A DNA stretch of 64,000 nucleotides from Eledone cirrhosa (GCA_964016885.1 OZ024747.1:66154001-66218000); one strand, 5' to 3'. Positions 39,576 through 54,435 are shown, counted from the stretch's first letter. A program made the numbers and translations. Notes: a model not told the origin generated them from the letters alone.

Positions 39576-40479
39576 TTGAATTTGAGCTCACTGTTTATTG
39601 GCATTTTATTTATTTACTACTTAATTTTATTTATTTTTGACTCAGTTATTTTAATTGCTTGTTTTTCTAGCATCTTTAATAACTTCACTTGTTAAGTTAA
39701 ACTCTAAATTGATCATTAGAGTATATTCAATTATAGCTTTGTCTCTATGGGCACACCTGAAGGCTTGTAGTAAGGGTGTTCAGAAAAGGCAAATGTCTCT
39801 ATTGATTATATTCTACAAAATACCTTTTCAATTTTAATATTTTAGATTTTATAGAAATATTGAAATGAAAAATTAATTTTTATTGATAAAAAAAGGATTG
39901 TCAATGCCTTAGCAAATGGTCAAGGTAATTTAAATAAAATAATTTGCTGCAATGCCTTAAAAAAAGGGGGACTAGACCGAAAAATGCGGGCGCATGTGTA
40001 TTAATATTCTTAAATAATAATAAACCTGGAAAAGTACAGGACAAGTAGAATTAACTCTTAGAATATTCAAGCTGGAATTTGAACTTGATGAATTAAATGT
40101 ACAATAATAAGCCTATGACATCACACTTAATCACAAGGAGGTGAAGGTTGTTAGGATGGCATGGAACAGGACGTTTCGGTGCAGGCATTTCTGTGCCAGC
40201 GTTTCGGCAGTGGCGTGTGGAATGGTCATTCCTAGCTCTTTCATGGATAGATTTAGAATAACACAAGAATGACCTAAAGACAACCAAGATCATTTTTTAC
40301 TTTAATTATTAATTAAAAAACGATCTAGAAATCGCCTTGATTCATTAGGAATGGCCTAGTTAATCTTTGGAGCTAATCTCTAAAAGATAGTCTCTGCTTT
40401 CCTGATAAGAAAGGAACAGTAATCCAGATTATCAATCAGAATGATATCGCATTTGATCACTAAATTTTCTTTTGAAATA

Positions 40480-40598
40480 CAGTTGACTATCTCTAATTAT
40501 CACTTAAAAGAACTGTAAAAATGACTGACAATTAGGGAGAGTCACAAAAAATAAAAGTTGGGTCAAAAATGGCGCTGACAATTAGGGAGAGTCAACTG
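40480..40598. mobile_element. Tc1/mariner(pogo)-type MITE
   Basis: TA-CAGTTGACTatctctaattatca ... tgacaattagggagAGTCAACTG-TA: terminal inverted repeats with TA flanks. Confidence 0.75.
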
Positions 40599-41444
40599 TA
40601 ATTCGATCTTGACAAATTTTGGCTTAACTTCTTTTAAAATGAAATAAGATTAATAATTTTAATATGATGACAATTTATGCAAAATTTAGCTCATTACTTT
40701 TTACTATTAATTTCAATTAATTTTTAATGTCAATTTTTAAAGTAATACAGTATAATTAACCCACTAAAGGGACAAAAAAAGTGACAACTTAAATGAACTG
40801 ACAATTTATGTACAAAAGATTGATGACATTAATTGCATTTGGTTGGCAAAATGCTGATTGCTGACTTAGGCAAACTGATGACTTAATATCTAATAAATCC
40901 CCTAGTTCATTATTATTTCTTATTATCTCTTGGCATTGCTAATTTTGTCAGTGTTGAAAAAAAAGGTGACGTGGTTGCCTAAACACAGTACGGCATAATT
41001 CGGGCTGTTTGTTTGTTTACAAACAAACAAACCGAGCATTATAATAAATGTTCGGTAAACCGATACGTGCATATATATATGTGTTCATGTATGTATATAT
41101 ATACATACTACTGTACGTCTGTATATATATATGTACGTATACATACATACATACTTACATTTAAGTAACTGCCGTACTAAGAGTGAGAAATGAAATTTCG
41201 TTTCATTCTATTCCATTTATATATATATATAAAGAAAAAAAGATGAAATCGAAAATGCAACTGCAGTCTTATTTTTAAAAAAGAACTGCGAAACCGGTAA
41301 AGGAACCAAATAAATATATATATTTTTAATATATTTTTAAAAAAATAAGTCTCCAGTTGCATTTTCGATTTCATCTTTTTTTCTTTATACTTTCACTCGT
41401 GTAGGACACCTCGGTTATTTTTCATTTTAAAAAAAAAACCTCAC

Positions 41445-41538
<94 letters not shown>

Positions 41539-41621
41539 GTGAGGTTTTTTTTTTTAAATGAAAAATAACCGAGGTGTCCTACACGAATGAAAGTATAAAG
41601 AAAAAAAGATGAAATCGAAAA

Positions 41622-41699
<78 letters not shown>

Positions 41700-42609
41700 G
41701 GAAACATTTGAACAGGAACAAAACAGAGAGGCAGTACAACGAATGTTTATTAATTTCACGCTCTGGAGAGTGGGGTGGTGGTGGGGAACGACGTTTAGGG
41801 CATAAGCCCTTCCTCAGGTGAGAAGTGTGTGGGAACAGAGTTCAAAGAGTGTGTAGGGGAGTGGTGGAGAGACATATAGCGAAAGGAAACGGTGCGAATG
41901 AAATTAAAAATAAAAATAAAAATAAAGCATGATCAAAATAAAAGGAATGAAATAAAAATAAATATAAAAGCATGATCAAAATAAACTGAAATTAAAAAGG
42001 GGTAAAACAGGTGGTGGAAGGGTGTGGGGTGTGTAGGGGTGGTGGCGGGTGGAGTGGGGAGAGGGAGACGGGGTGTCCGAGCGGGGAGGGCTGAAGGTGG
42101 TGTGTGTGTGTAGGTGTACGTGTGTGTGTGTGTGTGTGTGTATGTGAAAGTAAGGGTTGGGGGAAGAACGGGGTTGCATGTTCAGGAAGAGGTGTGTATG
42201 TGGGGGGGGGGGTTGTAGGTCGGAGTGTCTGTGCGTGTGTGGATAGAGGGGTGGGGGGAGAGGAATCAGGAGGCTGAGGGTGTAAATATGTGGTGGAAAG
42301 CACGTGTGTGTGGGGTTTAAGCGTGTTGTGGGTGTAGGTGGCGTGCGGGAGAAAAAAAATTTGGGGGGTGTGTGTGTGGGTGAGTTATATAGGTGATTCC
42401 GTAAGAGGATGGTTGAAATGTTGGTAAATTCCTATGATGTTTAGTAGATTCCGTGGTGGTCAAGTTCCACATACGAGTATTCCATGAAGAGATGGTCGGA
42501 AGAGGAGAGATGTGGGGTGCGCGCGCAACAGGAAGTGGTCAAGCGGTGGGAGTGCTGTGTGTCTGTTTGTGCTGGGAGGTGGTCAGAAGGCATAGCAGCA
42601 GATACATAT

Positions 42610-42686
42610 TTTTCCACTTCCTCACCGTAAATATTTATTGTTGTTTTGAGAATCTGTTGTAGAATAGACAGACAGACAGACAGACA

Positions 42687-42754
<68 letters not shown>

Positions 42755-42858
42755 TGTCTGGGTGTCTATTCTACTACATATTCTCGTGCAATGTTATTTT
42801 ATAGCTCTGTTCTGATATAAAAACAACAATAAATATTTACGGTGAGGAAGTGGAAAAA
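42610..42858. repeat. Inverted repeats around a (TA)n tract
   Basis: tttccacttcctcaccgtaaatatttattgttgtttt at 42610 and its inverse at about 42820-42858. Confidence 0.75.
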
Positions 42859-42915
42859 GATTATCCTGTTTATTAACAATTTGCTGCTTTCACTCAATCA
42901 CTCTCATTCTCTCGC

Positions 42916-42954
<39 letters not shown>

Positions 42955-42957
42955 CTC

Positions 42958-42999
<42 letters not shown>

Positions 43000-43135
43000 A
43001 TTATATATATATATATATATATATTCATATATGTATATATGTATATATGTATATATTACATGTTATATGTATATTATGTGTTCATGCGAGTGATGTGTTT
43101 GTGCATTTGAGAGCATATGTTTATACAAATCCCAA

Positions 43136-43187
<52 letters not shown>

Positions 43188-43532
43188 ACACGCGCGCGCT
43201 CGCGCACGCACACACACTATATACCACACATAGTTATATATTCGTTAAATCATCTCTTTGTTCTCATTGGTTTTTATTTTTTGTTTGTATTTATTTGTAT
43301 TAGTGGCCATCTTATTGTTAATATTTTGTTACTATTTCAATGTTGTGAATCAGTGAAACTTAATGACAACAAATAACAATGAGAATCATAGCCACTACAG
43401 CTGAGTTCTGGTTCACATCAATGCTGACCGCGTTTCTCTGAGCATGATAACTTCACGTCAATAAAAACAAATGTATGGCTTCAATATGTACTGTTCATTC
43501 AGATCGATGTTAATATGTCACTGTGGACTAGG

Positions 43533-43690
43533 ACATGGCTCCATGGTTAAAGAAGTTCGCTTTCTAATCCTGAGGTCCGGGTTCGATTTCGCTGCGTGGT
43601 ATCTTGTGCAATCGTTTTAATCATATCTGCAAGTTGATCCAAGCATTGTGAGTTTGATTGAGCAAAAGTAAACTGCTTGGAAATTTATGG
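43533..43690 (+). mobile_element. Decayed tRNA-derived SINE, second family
   Basis: A-box-like tggctccatggtt and B-box-like gggttcgattt. Confidence 0.55.
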
Positions 43691-43969
43691 TGAAGGGTGT
43701 ACTTATAATTCAAAGTTCGAACTTAGTCCTCCGTAGATAGTATTAATAATGATAAGATCAAAGGGAACAGAGTTTCCTTGGTCTTATCTAGCGGTCAGAT
43801 ACTTTGCTCCCCTCTTCTGTCTTTTCCTTTCTTTCCTCTCCACAACCAGCTATATGTTTAAACAAAATCAATATTCTACTTAAAGTAAATATCTAATTTC
43901 TATTTTGCAAATGTTCCACTATTTCTATATATAATAAAATATATGCACATTCACTCACACAAACATACA

Positions 43970-44556
<587 letters not shown>

Positions 44557-44989
44557 GAAAATTATTCAAAATATTGGAATTACAGAAATCGCAAGGTGCA
44601 AGCTATTTCATTATATGGTAACCTACATTAATAGTTCGTATAAGCGTCTTTTATTTGTTTGTTTGCTTATTTATATATTTATTTATTTATTGATTTATGT
44701 ATGTATTTATTTATTTATTTATTTACTTATTTATTTATTTATTTATTTATTTATTCATGTATATATTTATTTAATTATTCTTTTATTTATTTTGGGCATG
44801 GAGTCAGTATGGAACCTTCTAATACTCAATTTATTAAAATAAATTCTTTCTTCTCAAACGGAATTATATAACTCTAATTTATGTATTATATGTAAGTGCA
44901 TACCTATATGTGCATGTATATAGGTATTTATATATATATATGATTACATATATGTATACATACATATATATATATATGTATATATATAT

Positions 44990-45085
<96 letters not shown>

Positions 45086-45123
45086 ATATACATGTATATA
45101 TATATGTGTATATATATATATAA

Positions 45124-45159
<36 letters not shown>

Positions 45160-45237
45160 TTATATATATGTATATATATATATATAAATATATATATATA
45201 TTTATATATATATATATTTGTATATATAAAATGTATT

Positions 45238-45268
<31 letters not shown>

Positions 45269-45297
45269 TTATATATATACACATATATATATACATG

Positions 45298-45350
<53 letters not shown>

Positions 45351-46189
45351 AATTACATTACTATTTCAAAGTCTAAATTCCTCTGACGTAATTTTGTTTA
45401 ATGTGCGATATAACGGAATAACCACAATTAAAGTGATTTAGAAAATGTGCAGACATACACACACACACGCACACATGCACACACACACACACAAACACAC
45501 AGACACATACACACACAAACAGAAAATAATACAATTTTACAATCAAATATTTACACATTTGCACACATACTCTCACACACTCGGCAGAATCACATACATT
45601 CGCACATATATACACATAAACTGATTGTCTTTCATGCAATCAACTTTTTATTTATCTACACACGCACACCGGAACATACAGATATACGTATGTATGCATA
45701 GGTGTATATATAAATCTCAGATGCGAAAGCATAAGAACTGTGAAACCAGTAAAGGAAACAAATAAATATTCGTAAAAAGACTCCAGTTGCATTTTCTATT
45801 TCATCCATTTTCCTTATACTTTCACTCGTTCATTCGTGTAGGACATCCCTCATTTTCTTATATATATACATACATATATATATATTTATATATATATACA
45901 AAAATATATATATATGTATGTCAAATACAGACACCCACGCGCGTATATATATACTTATATATATATATTATATATATTTAATTATTAGACCCATACATAA
46001 TGATGACAAGTAAATATGACGATGACACTCAAATATAACGATGACAATTATATATACTGATAGCAATCATTTATATGATTGGTATATATATATAAATATA
46101 TATATATATTTATATATTTAAAGATTCAGCGATAATCGCATTTTCGGCGGCCAGGAAAGCGAAACGCAAAAATCAGAAATATATATATA

Positions 46190-46300
<111 letters not shown>

Positions 46301-47011
46301 GAATGGAAAATGGCGTGCTGTGTTGTTGCATTGTGATATACAAATTAAAATGAAGAATTAGAAATAGGACTATCCATCATCAGTGATCTACTAGCCATCA
46401 TAGGTATTTCTTCGCATTAAGACCAGATACCTGAGGCTAGCGTGAACAATAACTAAAGTATGTTATTGGGATAAAAAGAATTGGGTGGAAAAAGTGAGAC
46501 ATGTAAACAAACATGAAAGGTGAGGCAACGTAAAGAGAGGAAACAATGAGAAAATCAAGTCAATGATTCATTTGAACATAAGAACTTGCGAATATTGATG
46601 AAAGACACATCCTAACCATGCGAAAGTTAGCGAGGAAAGAATTACGCACGGTATGGAACGATGGAGGAAGTGAGAGAGAGGGCGAGCAGCAAAGAGTGAG
46701 TGAGTGAAAGTGTGAGGAAGAGGCCAGCAGAGGCGGTGAATGAAAGTAAAAGGGAGAAGGAGAGAGAAGGGGAGAGAGAATTCTTCATTTTAATTTGTAT
46801 ATGTATATATATATGTATATATACATATGTATATATATGTTTTATATATATATATATAATAATAATTGTTTCTACTACTATTATTTATACTTATATATAC
46901 ACTATATATAATTATAAACAGCAAAGGTCAGTATTTTATATATATATATATATATGTCGTTTCTGAATTTGTTTAGCAAGATTCTTTATCTGAAATCGTG
47001 TGTTGAAACCG

Positions 47012-48000
47012 ATATTGTTATACTTTGGGAGGGTCATGTTGCCAATAAGAAACACACGCACCAGCTGCTTTCACTTCAATTTAATTTATTATATATTTAT
47101 AAATTTACAAATTTATAAATTTCTGGTTGGTTGGTTGGTTCCACAACCAGATAGTTGTTTATATATATATAGTCATAGTTCTTTCGTCACACACTCTGTG
47201 ACCTCTTCAGTGACTGGGGATTTCTTTCTTCGTTTCTGTGCCTTTCTTTTCTTCTATCCTACGCCATTTTGTTTGTGTGTGGGTTGCGTGCTCAGTTTGC
47301 GCATGCGCCACATCCGGGTGTCTGTGTGTGTTTGTGTTCATTTTTCTATTTTTCTATTTATATTTTTCTATTTGTTTGTTTATTTATTTATTTATTGTTG
47401 GTTGGTTGTTTGTTCTATTGGTTGTTTGTTCTATGTGTGTGTGTGTTTTCATTTTGTCTTGTGTGTGTTTTCATTTTGTGTGTGTTTTCAATTGTAAGTT
47501 GTTTGTTCTATGTGTGTGTGTGTTTTCATTTTGTCCTTAATTGTAAGTTGTGATGTTGCTGTTCCACTCATATGAGTGGAACAGCAACAATAAATAAATA
47601 AATAAATAAACCAACAATAAATAAATAAATAAACAAACAAATAGAAAAATATAAATAGAAAAATAGAAAAATGAACACAAACACACACAGACACCCGGAT
47701 GTGGCGCATGCGCAAACTGAGCACGCAACCCACACACAAACAAAATGGCGTAGGATAGAAGAAAAGAAAGGCACAGAAACGGAGAAAGAAATCCCCAGTC
47801 ACTGAAGAGGTCACAGAGTGTGTGACGAAAGAACTATGACTATATATATATAAACAACTATCTGGTTGTGGAACCAACCAACCAACCAGAAATTTATAAA
47901 TTTGTAAATTTATAAATATATAATAAATTAAATTGAAGTGAAAGCAACTGGTGCGTGTGTTTCTTATTGGCAACATGACCCTCCCAAAGTATAACAATAT
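47012..48000. mobile_element. Fold-back non-coding element of about 1 kb
   Basis: 47012-47400 is an inverted copy of about 47612-48000. Confidence 0.88.
47797..47841 (+). ncRNA. Minimal type I hammerhead
   Basis: AGTCA-CTGAAGA-g GTCACA gagtg TGTGAC-GAA-AGaaCT-A-TGACT. Mirror copy 47171-47215(-). Confidence 0.75.
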
Positions 48001-48009
48001 ATATATATG

Positions 48010-48051
<42 letters not shown>

Positions 48052-48265
48052 ATACTTGGGGAGGGTCATATTTGCGTAATATTGCCAGAATTAATAACAG
48101 AACACACTCACTGTTTGGTTGGTTTTCGCTTCTCGCTGTCTTTTATATCTGCGATCTAACTTACTCGGTCCTCAATGTTGCCATTGACTGACCGGCGGTC
48201 AAAAATAATACAGATACAATATAGACACAAACACATATATATATATATATAGTTTACATAATTTA

Positions 48266-48303
48266 CATAAATCTTTCGTTGCACATCTGCAACATCGTCA
48301 GTG
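48266..48303 (-). ncRNA. Hammerhead core in the PLE 3' pseudo-LTR (stem I weak)
   Basis: CA-CTGACGA-t GTTGCA gatg TGCAAC-GAA-AGatTT-A-TG. Confidence 0.55.
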
Positions 48304-48580
48304 GTGTTATATTCATTGTTCCTCCTGTTGTGTTGTATGTCTACGCCATTTTTTTTTTGTTCAGTCTGTCTATATATTTATTTATTTATTTGCTTGTTTG
48401 TTTATCTTATTTTATTTTGTCTTCTTTGCGCATGCGTGTGTGTATAGTGTTATGTGTGATGTGTGACTAGTGTGTATAGTGTTGTGTCTGCTGGGTGACT
48501 AGTGTGTGTTTATGTGCTTGTTGTTATTGTGCTTGTGTATGTATTTATTTATCTTATTTTATTTAATTTTATTTACTTAT

Positions 48581-50522
48581 TTATACTTCTCTTAGGTCAG
48601 TGTTGTTTGTTTGGGTGTTGTTGTTGTTCCACTCATTCTTTCTGTTTAGCTTTGGTCTTCTAATTTCTATTTCACTGGCCTCTCTGATTTGCCTATCTGC
48701 TGGGTCATTCCTATGTTTAGATATTATTCTAATTTCTATGTTGTCTATGTTACCGTCATGTTGTTGTCTAGCATGTTCGTATAGTACTGACCCGTTTTTT
48801 CGTCCTTTTAGTTCCCCCCAGTGTTGGTCTATCCTTTCACCTATGCTACGAGCTGTCTCACCTATGTATGTTGTTGTCATGTTTCTGCAAGTACCCTCTG
48901 TACATCTTATGCTATAGACTACGTTTCTAGTTTTGCAGTTTATCCGGGGGTTCACCTTACATATGATACACTTCCTATTGGTACAGTGGGTTTTCTTAAA
49001 AGGGTAGGTTTTGCTGATCAGGGATTTTATGGTGGTTCCTGGCTTTTCTACCACCTTTATTTTTAAGTGGGTCTTTCTCAGGGCCTTTCTACACTGGTTA
49101 GCTAATTTCCCTCCAGGGGTGGCGTCCACAAACATGACACTCTGATATCTCTGGTTGTCGTACCATGATGTGGCCTTCCCTATCTTATGTCTAGCCCTAT
49201 CTAAGCTATTCCATGATTTGCTCCTGTATAGTGGGCAGATTCCTTTCATGTCCAGTTCTATGAGGGTCTTATACTTTTCCATGGCTCCTTCGTATACTCT
49301 GACTCTGTCTCTTTGGTTGTAGCCAGAGAACTGCATGCGGTTGATGAAGTGTTGGATGTGTCCTTCCATTTCTGTTGGGTCGCACATGCTGGACACATTC
49401 TTCATCACTCGTACCAAATCTGCGATCAGAATATTAAACTTAGCACTACTGGACATTGCTGAGTTTTTGAGTATCAGGTATTTGGAGGCCATGGGTTTAG
49501 CATAGTGTGAGTGGAGAATTTGGGCTCTCTCGTCTATAGTGTTAATCCAGAGTTCTGTGTCTAATACAGGTAGTCTATTGTTAGGGTGTTTGGAAGGGAA
49601 GTCTATAGTTACAGTTATACTCTGGTGTATGGAATTAGCTATCTGCTGGATGCTTTCCATCGTGCTACGTTCTAAATCAAACTTGTTAGTGCTCTCTAGT
49701 GGGGGTGTTCTTATAACTATATTGATATCGTCTACATAACGAGAGTACATGATGAGGTCTATGGAGCTTTCATTAAGGAGATCTTTAAGTCTCCTTTCCC
49801 ACCATACCATGAAAAGGTTGGCAACATCACCAGCTATGCTGACACCGATGGCTGCTCCCTCATTTTGGGTGTAGATTTTCTCATTGAACTTAAATATGTG
49901 GCCCTTTAGGGTAGTTTTGATACTAGCCCCTATTGCATGTGCGACCATTTTTCTTACCTGATCAGTGTTTTGGGGGGTCCGTATGGCTTTGGTCCACCCA
50001 ATCCACCTTCCTATGGGAGTCCTTTTAGCCATTGAGGTTATGGTGGGGGGTCTACCTCTTATAGGTCTACTAGGGCAGAAACATCTAAGGTCATGGCTGT
50101 CTAGGTAGTCAGTGTCGTAGGTAAGTCTAAGTAGAAGGCCCAGTTCGTCTGTGTCGACGTCGCAGAACTCCACCTCACTCTCAATGATCATCTCCACACA
50201 TCTTTTCACAGCAAAATCAATGTTAATGGATGGGTACAGTGACACTACATCCATGCTGCCTATTATGCAGTTGGATAGGCTCCTGTTTTTGTTGCACTCA
50301 CTGATTCTGCTGAGGAGGTCCTCTGTACTTTCACATACATCTGGGGACATCTTGATTATGGGGCGTATAACCATTGAGAGGAAGTAGGAGATCCTGTAGT
50401 TGCTAGCTATATTAGCTCCGCATACGGGTCTTGTTGGTGGTCCTGTTGTCGCGTCGTCGACTGTCTTGTGGTCTTTGCGGAGCCCATACAAGGGTGGTAT
50501 GCCATTGTTAGACGCCTGGAAG
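48581..50522 (-). CDS. PLE RT plus GIY-YIG endonuclease (open frame, 5'-truncated)
   Basis: LYGLRKDHK, TRPV, SMDVVSLYPSI, QNEGAAIG, RYVDD, PVLD; linker CTNRKCIIC; NVVYSIRC..YIGETAR..ERIDQH. Confidence 0.9.
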
Positions 50523-51252
50523 AAAAAATCCTCAATGCTCACATGATGATGTGGACTGACATCCTAAAGCCAAGCAGACGCACTGCCAACAACTTCCAGC
50601 GTCTAACAATGGCATACCACCCTTGTATGGGCTCCGCAAAGACCACAAGACAGTCGACGACCCGACAACAGGACCACCAACAAGACCCGTATGCGGAGCT
50701 AATATAGCTAGCAACTACAGGATCTCCTACTTCCTCTCAATGGTTATACGCCCCATAATCAAGATATCCCCAGATGTATGTGAAAGTACAGAGGACCTCC
50801 TCAGCAGAATCAGTGAGTGCAACAAAAACAGGAGCCTATCCAACTGCATAATAGGCAGCATGGATGTAGTGTCACTGTACCCATCCATTAACATTGATTT
50901 TGCTGTGAAAAGATGTGTGGAGATGATCATTGAGAGTGAGGTGGAGTTCTGCGACGTCGACACAGACGAACTGGGCCTTCTACTTAGACTTACCTACGAC
51001 ACTGACTACCTAGACAGCCATGACCTTAGATGTTTCTGCCCTAGTAGACCTATAAGAGGTAGACCCCCCCACCATAACCTCAATGGCTAAAAAGACTCCC
51101 ATAGGAAGGTGGATTGGGTGGACCAAAGCCATACGGACCCCCCAAAACACTGATCAGGTAAGAAAAATGGTCCAGGGAAAAATCAATAGAGCCTTAACTC
51201 TGAATAAAATAAAGTTTAAATACTCATCCTTCAATTTGGAAAAACTACAAAT

Positions 51253-51332
51253 GCTCTATATAGTCTTAAAAAGACTATTTCACGAAACTTTCAGTGGGGA
51301 TGGTCACGGTTGGAATCGTTCATCAGTAGAGC
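51253..51332 (-). ncRNA. Type I hammerhead with stable stems I and III
   Basis: GCTCTA-CTGATGA-ACGA (30-nt loop) TCGT-GAA-ATAGTCTT ttt AAGACTAT-A-TAGAGC. Confidence 0.82.
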
Positions 51333-51510
51333 TCAACACGATAACCCTAACCACTGCCAGAATATGCCAAAAAGGGAATTTAAAAGCAGGATAGTTCAAC
51401 TCGTGCGTAAATATGAAAATAAACGCACTTGGAGAGACATGGCTGGTGACGTCAGAATGAGACGAATGTCTCATTCTGTTTACAGGAAACACCAGTCAAA
51501 AAACATTCCG

Positions 51511-51577
<67 letters not shown>

Positions 51578-51706
51578 AATTAAAATACTAGAGTGCTTTT
51601 GAGTAAAACACACTCGTCGTATTATAGAAATGACAGTATAGGGTATAGCTCAATGTAATACAACAGAGCCGAAAAATTATAAAAATAGACAAAGAAATCT
51701 TTATTA

Positions 51707-51747
51707 GCCTACACTGTTTCGTCCCATTAATCAGGACTCATCAGGGC
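51707..51747 (-). ncRNA. Minimal type I hammerhead
   Basis: GCC-CTGATGA-GTCC tgattaatg GGAC-GAA-AC agt GT-A-GGC. Confidence 0.75.
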
Positions 51748-52099
51748 AAGTAAACAGATAAGAAGCATTAACGGCCAGAAACTAGCCAAAACTCAGAAGA
51801 ATAGGGAATACATAATCATGAAAGCTTATGAGAGATATGAAGGAAAAAATATGCAGTTACAAATATAGACTATAGGGCAATAAAGTGAGTAAAATGTCAA
51901 ACCAACGTTGATATTACAGTATGAGACAAATACATTACATACAACATGGTAATACAATGTGGGAATTACAATATGATATAGAATACAATATAATGGGTAA
52001 TAAAAAATATAAAGCTTAATATATGTATATATATATCCATATATATTCACACTTACACAAACACATACTAACACTTAATAAGTATAAATAAGTTGGTGG

Positions 52100-53530
52100 T
52101 GTCGTTCGTAGGTTGAAGTGGGCGATGGTGTGGGGGTGCTGGTTGTCGGTAGACATTTTGGCATGTAGATGTGGCTGATTTTTGTGTGTGGTGTGGGTTT
52201 GTGATAAAGAAGAAAGGTTGCTGTGTTTATGGTGGTGTGATGATTGTGTTCGTGGTTTCATTTCCAGAAGGAGATACATATATAGACACACTTAGTCTGA
52301 CAAATACGCGCGTCACTAATGCGCGTTTCGCCACTAATCAGCTCAAGATTCGATCTGTATCGATCTTACCCGACTCTGTAATCTACAGCTCGACGGACCC
52401 CTTCTCATCTCAGTGCATTTGTTTTATAGCATGTAACCAATTGTAAGTCCAAATTTTGTATATATCATGCCTCATCCATCACCCCCACCAAAAGGCTCAT
52501 CGCCATACAACCCTCATCTGAGTACCATTGTGTTCTATCTGTTCTCACTGTCAGGTTTTACCTTCTAATCCAAAGTAGCATCCGATCCTGTAAATATAAT
52601 GTCTATCATATCACCCCATCGCCACCACCACCACCACCACCACACACATCGCTATATGTCTACCATCCCACATCCATAACCTTGTTCCACCATGTTCCCT
52701 CTGTCTTTTTTACCTACAATCCTTCGTAAAATTTGATCCTGTAAATATATTGTCGCACGCACCACCACCGCCACCACTAGATGCAGCTCCATACTTCAAC
52801 AATCATTAACATCATTAACATCACCAACACATATCATCCCTCCCTCCCAGAACCACTGTGTTATATCTGTCCACTCTGTCAGCCTTACCTTGTAAACCAC
52901 CGTAACATCTGATCATGTAAATATATTATTGAACATATCACCCCATCGCCACCACCACCACCATCACACACATCGCTATATGTTCACAACCTTGTTTTCC
53001 CCGTCTTCCCTATGTCACCTTTTCACCTGTAACCCATTGTAAAATTCGATCCTGTATATTTTTTGTCGCACACAACACCTCCACCGCCACAAGGCACATC
53101 TCCACACTTCAACAATCATTGACATCATTAACATCACCAACAGATATCTTCCCTCCAAACAACGCAAGTGTGTGTGTCTGTGTGTAAGTATATTTATATG
53201 TACAACGCCATCTCCATTGGCTCTCCCTCTCCCTCTATCTATGTACTATGCCATCTCCACTTACACTCCCCCCCTCTCTCTCTCTCTACACACACACACA
53301 CACACATATATATACGCTTATGTGTATGTATACAATGTTTTTGTCAGACTAAGTGTGTCTATGTGTGTATCTCCTCATTGTATTTGACACCACGAACACA
53401 TCCACCACACCACCATAAACACCATTACCATAAACAACAACACCACACCCATACCACACACATTAATCAGCCACAAATATACGCCAATCTGTTTACCGAC
53501 AATCCACCACCTCCACACCACAGCCCATCT
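52100..53530. repeat. Old fold-back with an internal direct repeat
   Basis: About 52100-52305 inverted vs 53341-53530; about 52580-52845 direct vs 52905-53155. Confidence 0.65.
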
Positions 53531-54144
53531 CAGCCTGTGACCGTCACCACCATTTTATCATCACGCCTCCCCCACAATGCACTACAGGCGAAAACATCCC
53601 TATGATCTATTCCACCAATCAAAACAATCCTTATTGACCAACATATGAACTTCTGACTTTTTCATATAGCATGTATTCATTTTCTACTAGCATATATATA
53701 AAATTATTTATTACACCCACAAATCATGCTTGCGTGTTTCATTGACTATGTCAAGTTGATTTTCTTAAGTTGACTTTGTCAAATTGTCACTTCTTGGAAT
53801 GGTTATGTTCGTTTATTTCTCCTTAATAGAAAAGCTCTAAACATAGGGGTTATCTACTTAATGAAGAGAGTGTAAGGAGGAGGATTTCTTTAGGTCTGTT
53901 TGTTCTGTTTAAAAGAATAGATATAGGGAGCTAACTTGGGATTTAAGTATAGGCAGAAGTAGTGGGTTAATTAGAATACAAGGTGTTTAGAAAATGATTG
54001 GGAAACTATACAGAGAAAACATACAGCATTTGAACAAATATAACAATAGATGTACCGGAAGGGGGAGTGGGATAGGAGCAAGGAGAGAGGAGCTATCTTA
54101 GGTGGTTAACCGTATTTAAATTAGTGAGGGTTTTTTTATTGTTT

Positions 54145-54404
54145 CTAAAGATAGTTGAAATTTGTTAAGGAGTATCGTCTCTCGTCTTTGTGTGAGATTA
54201 TTAGTTGGGATGTTTCCGATCTTTTAATATATATTTGGACATGTGGGAGCAGTGATTGAATAAGTCTACTATCGTATTTAGACAATCTTTCGTTCTGTGA
54301 AAAGCCTTTTTCGAATGGTCCATTTCTCGTCTGTGCACAAATTAGACAACTTCTTTCCAGAATACTCCATTTAATGGAGAAATCCATACCGCTATTCTTG
54401 AGGG

Positions 54405-54408
<4 letters not shown>
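54145..54408 (-). pseudogene. Possible decayed PLE endonuclease C-terminus
   Basis: LKNSGMDFSIKWSILERSCLIC resembles LKDNHTQYKLNWEILARA..CDLC in ORF 6005-7192; abuts (TA)n. Confidence 0.45.

Positions 54409-54435
<27 letters not shown>

Larger units (their letters stand above)
48046..51172 (-). mobile_element. Penelope-like element (Neptune/Nematis-like linker) with 5' inversion
   Basis: RT-GIY-YIG ORF; 3' end abuts (TA)n; 50594-51172 is an inverted copy of about 49943-50522. Confidence 0.9.

Noticed and set aside
41786-41820. CTGAGGA-AGGGC/GCCC-TAAAC on the minus strand
   Set aside because: Likely a dead PLE hammerhead: G12 is mutated and no stem I is found.
50523-50542. Predicted N-terminus MSIEDFF of ORF 48581-50542
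   Set aside because: Read-through into the inverted arm, not a real start.
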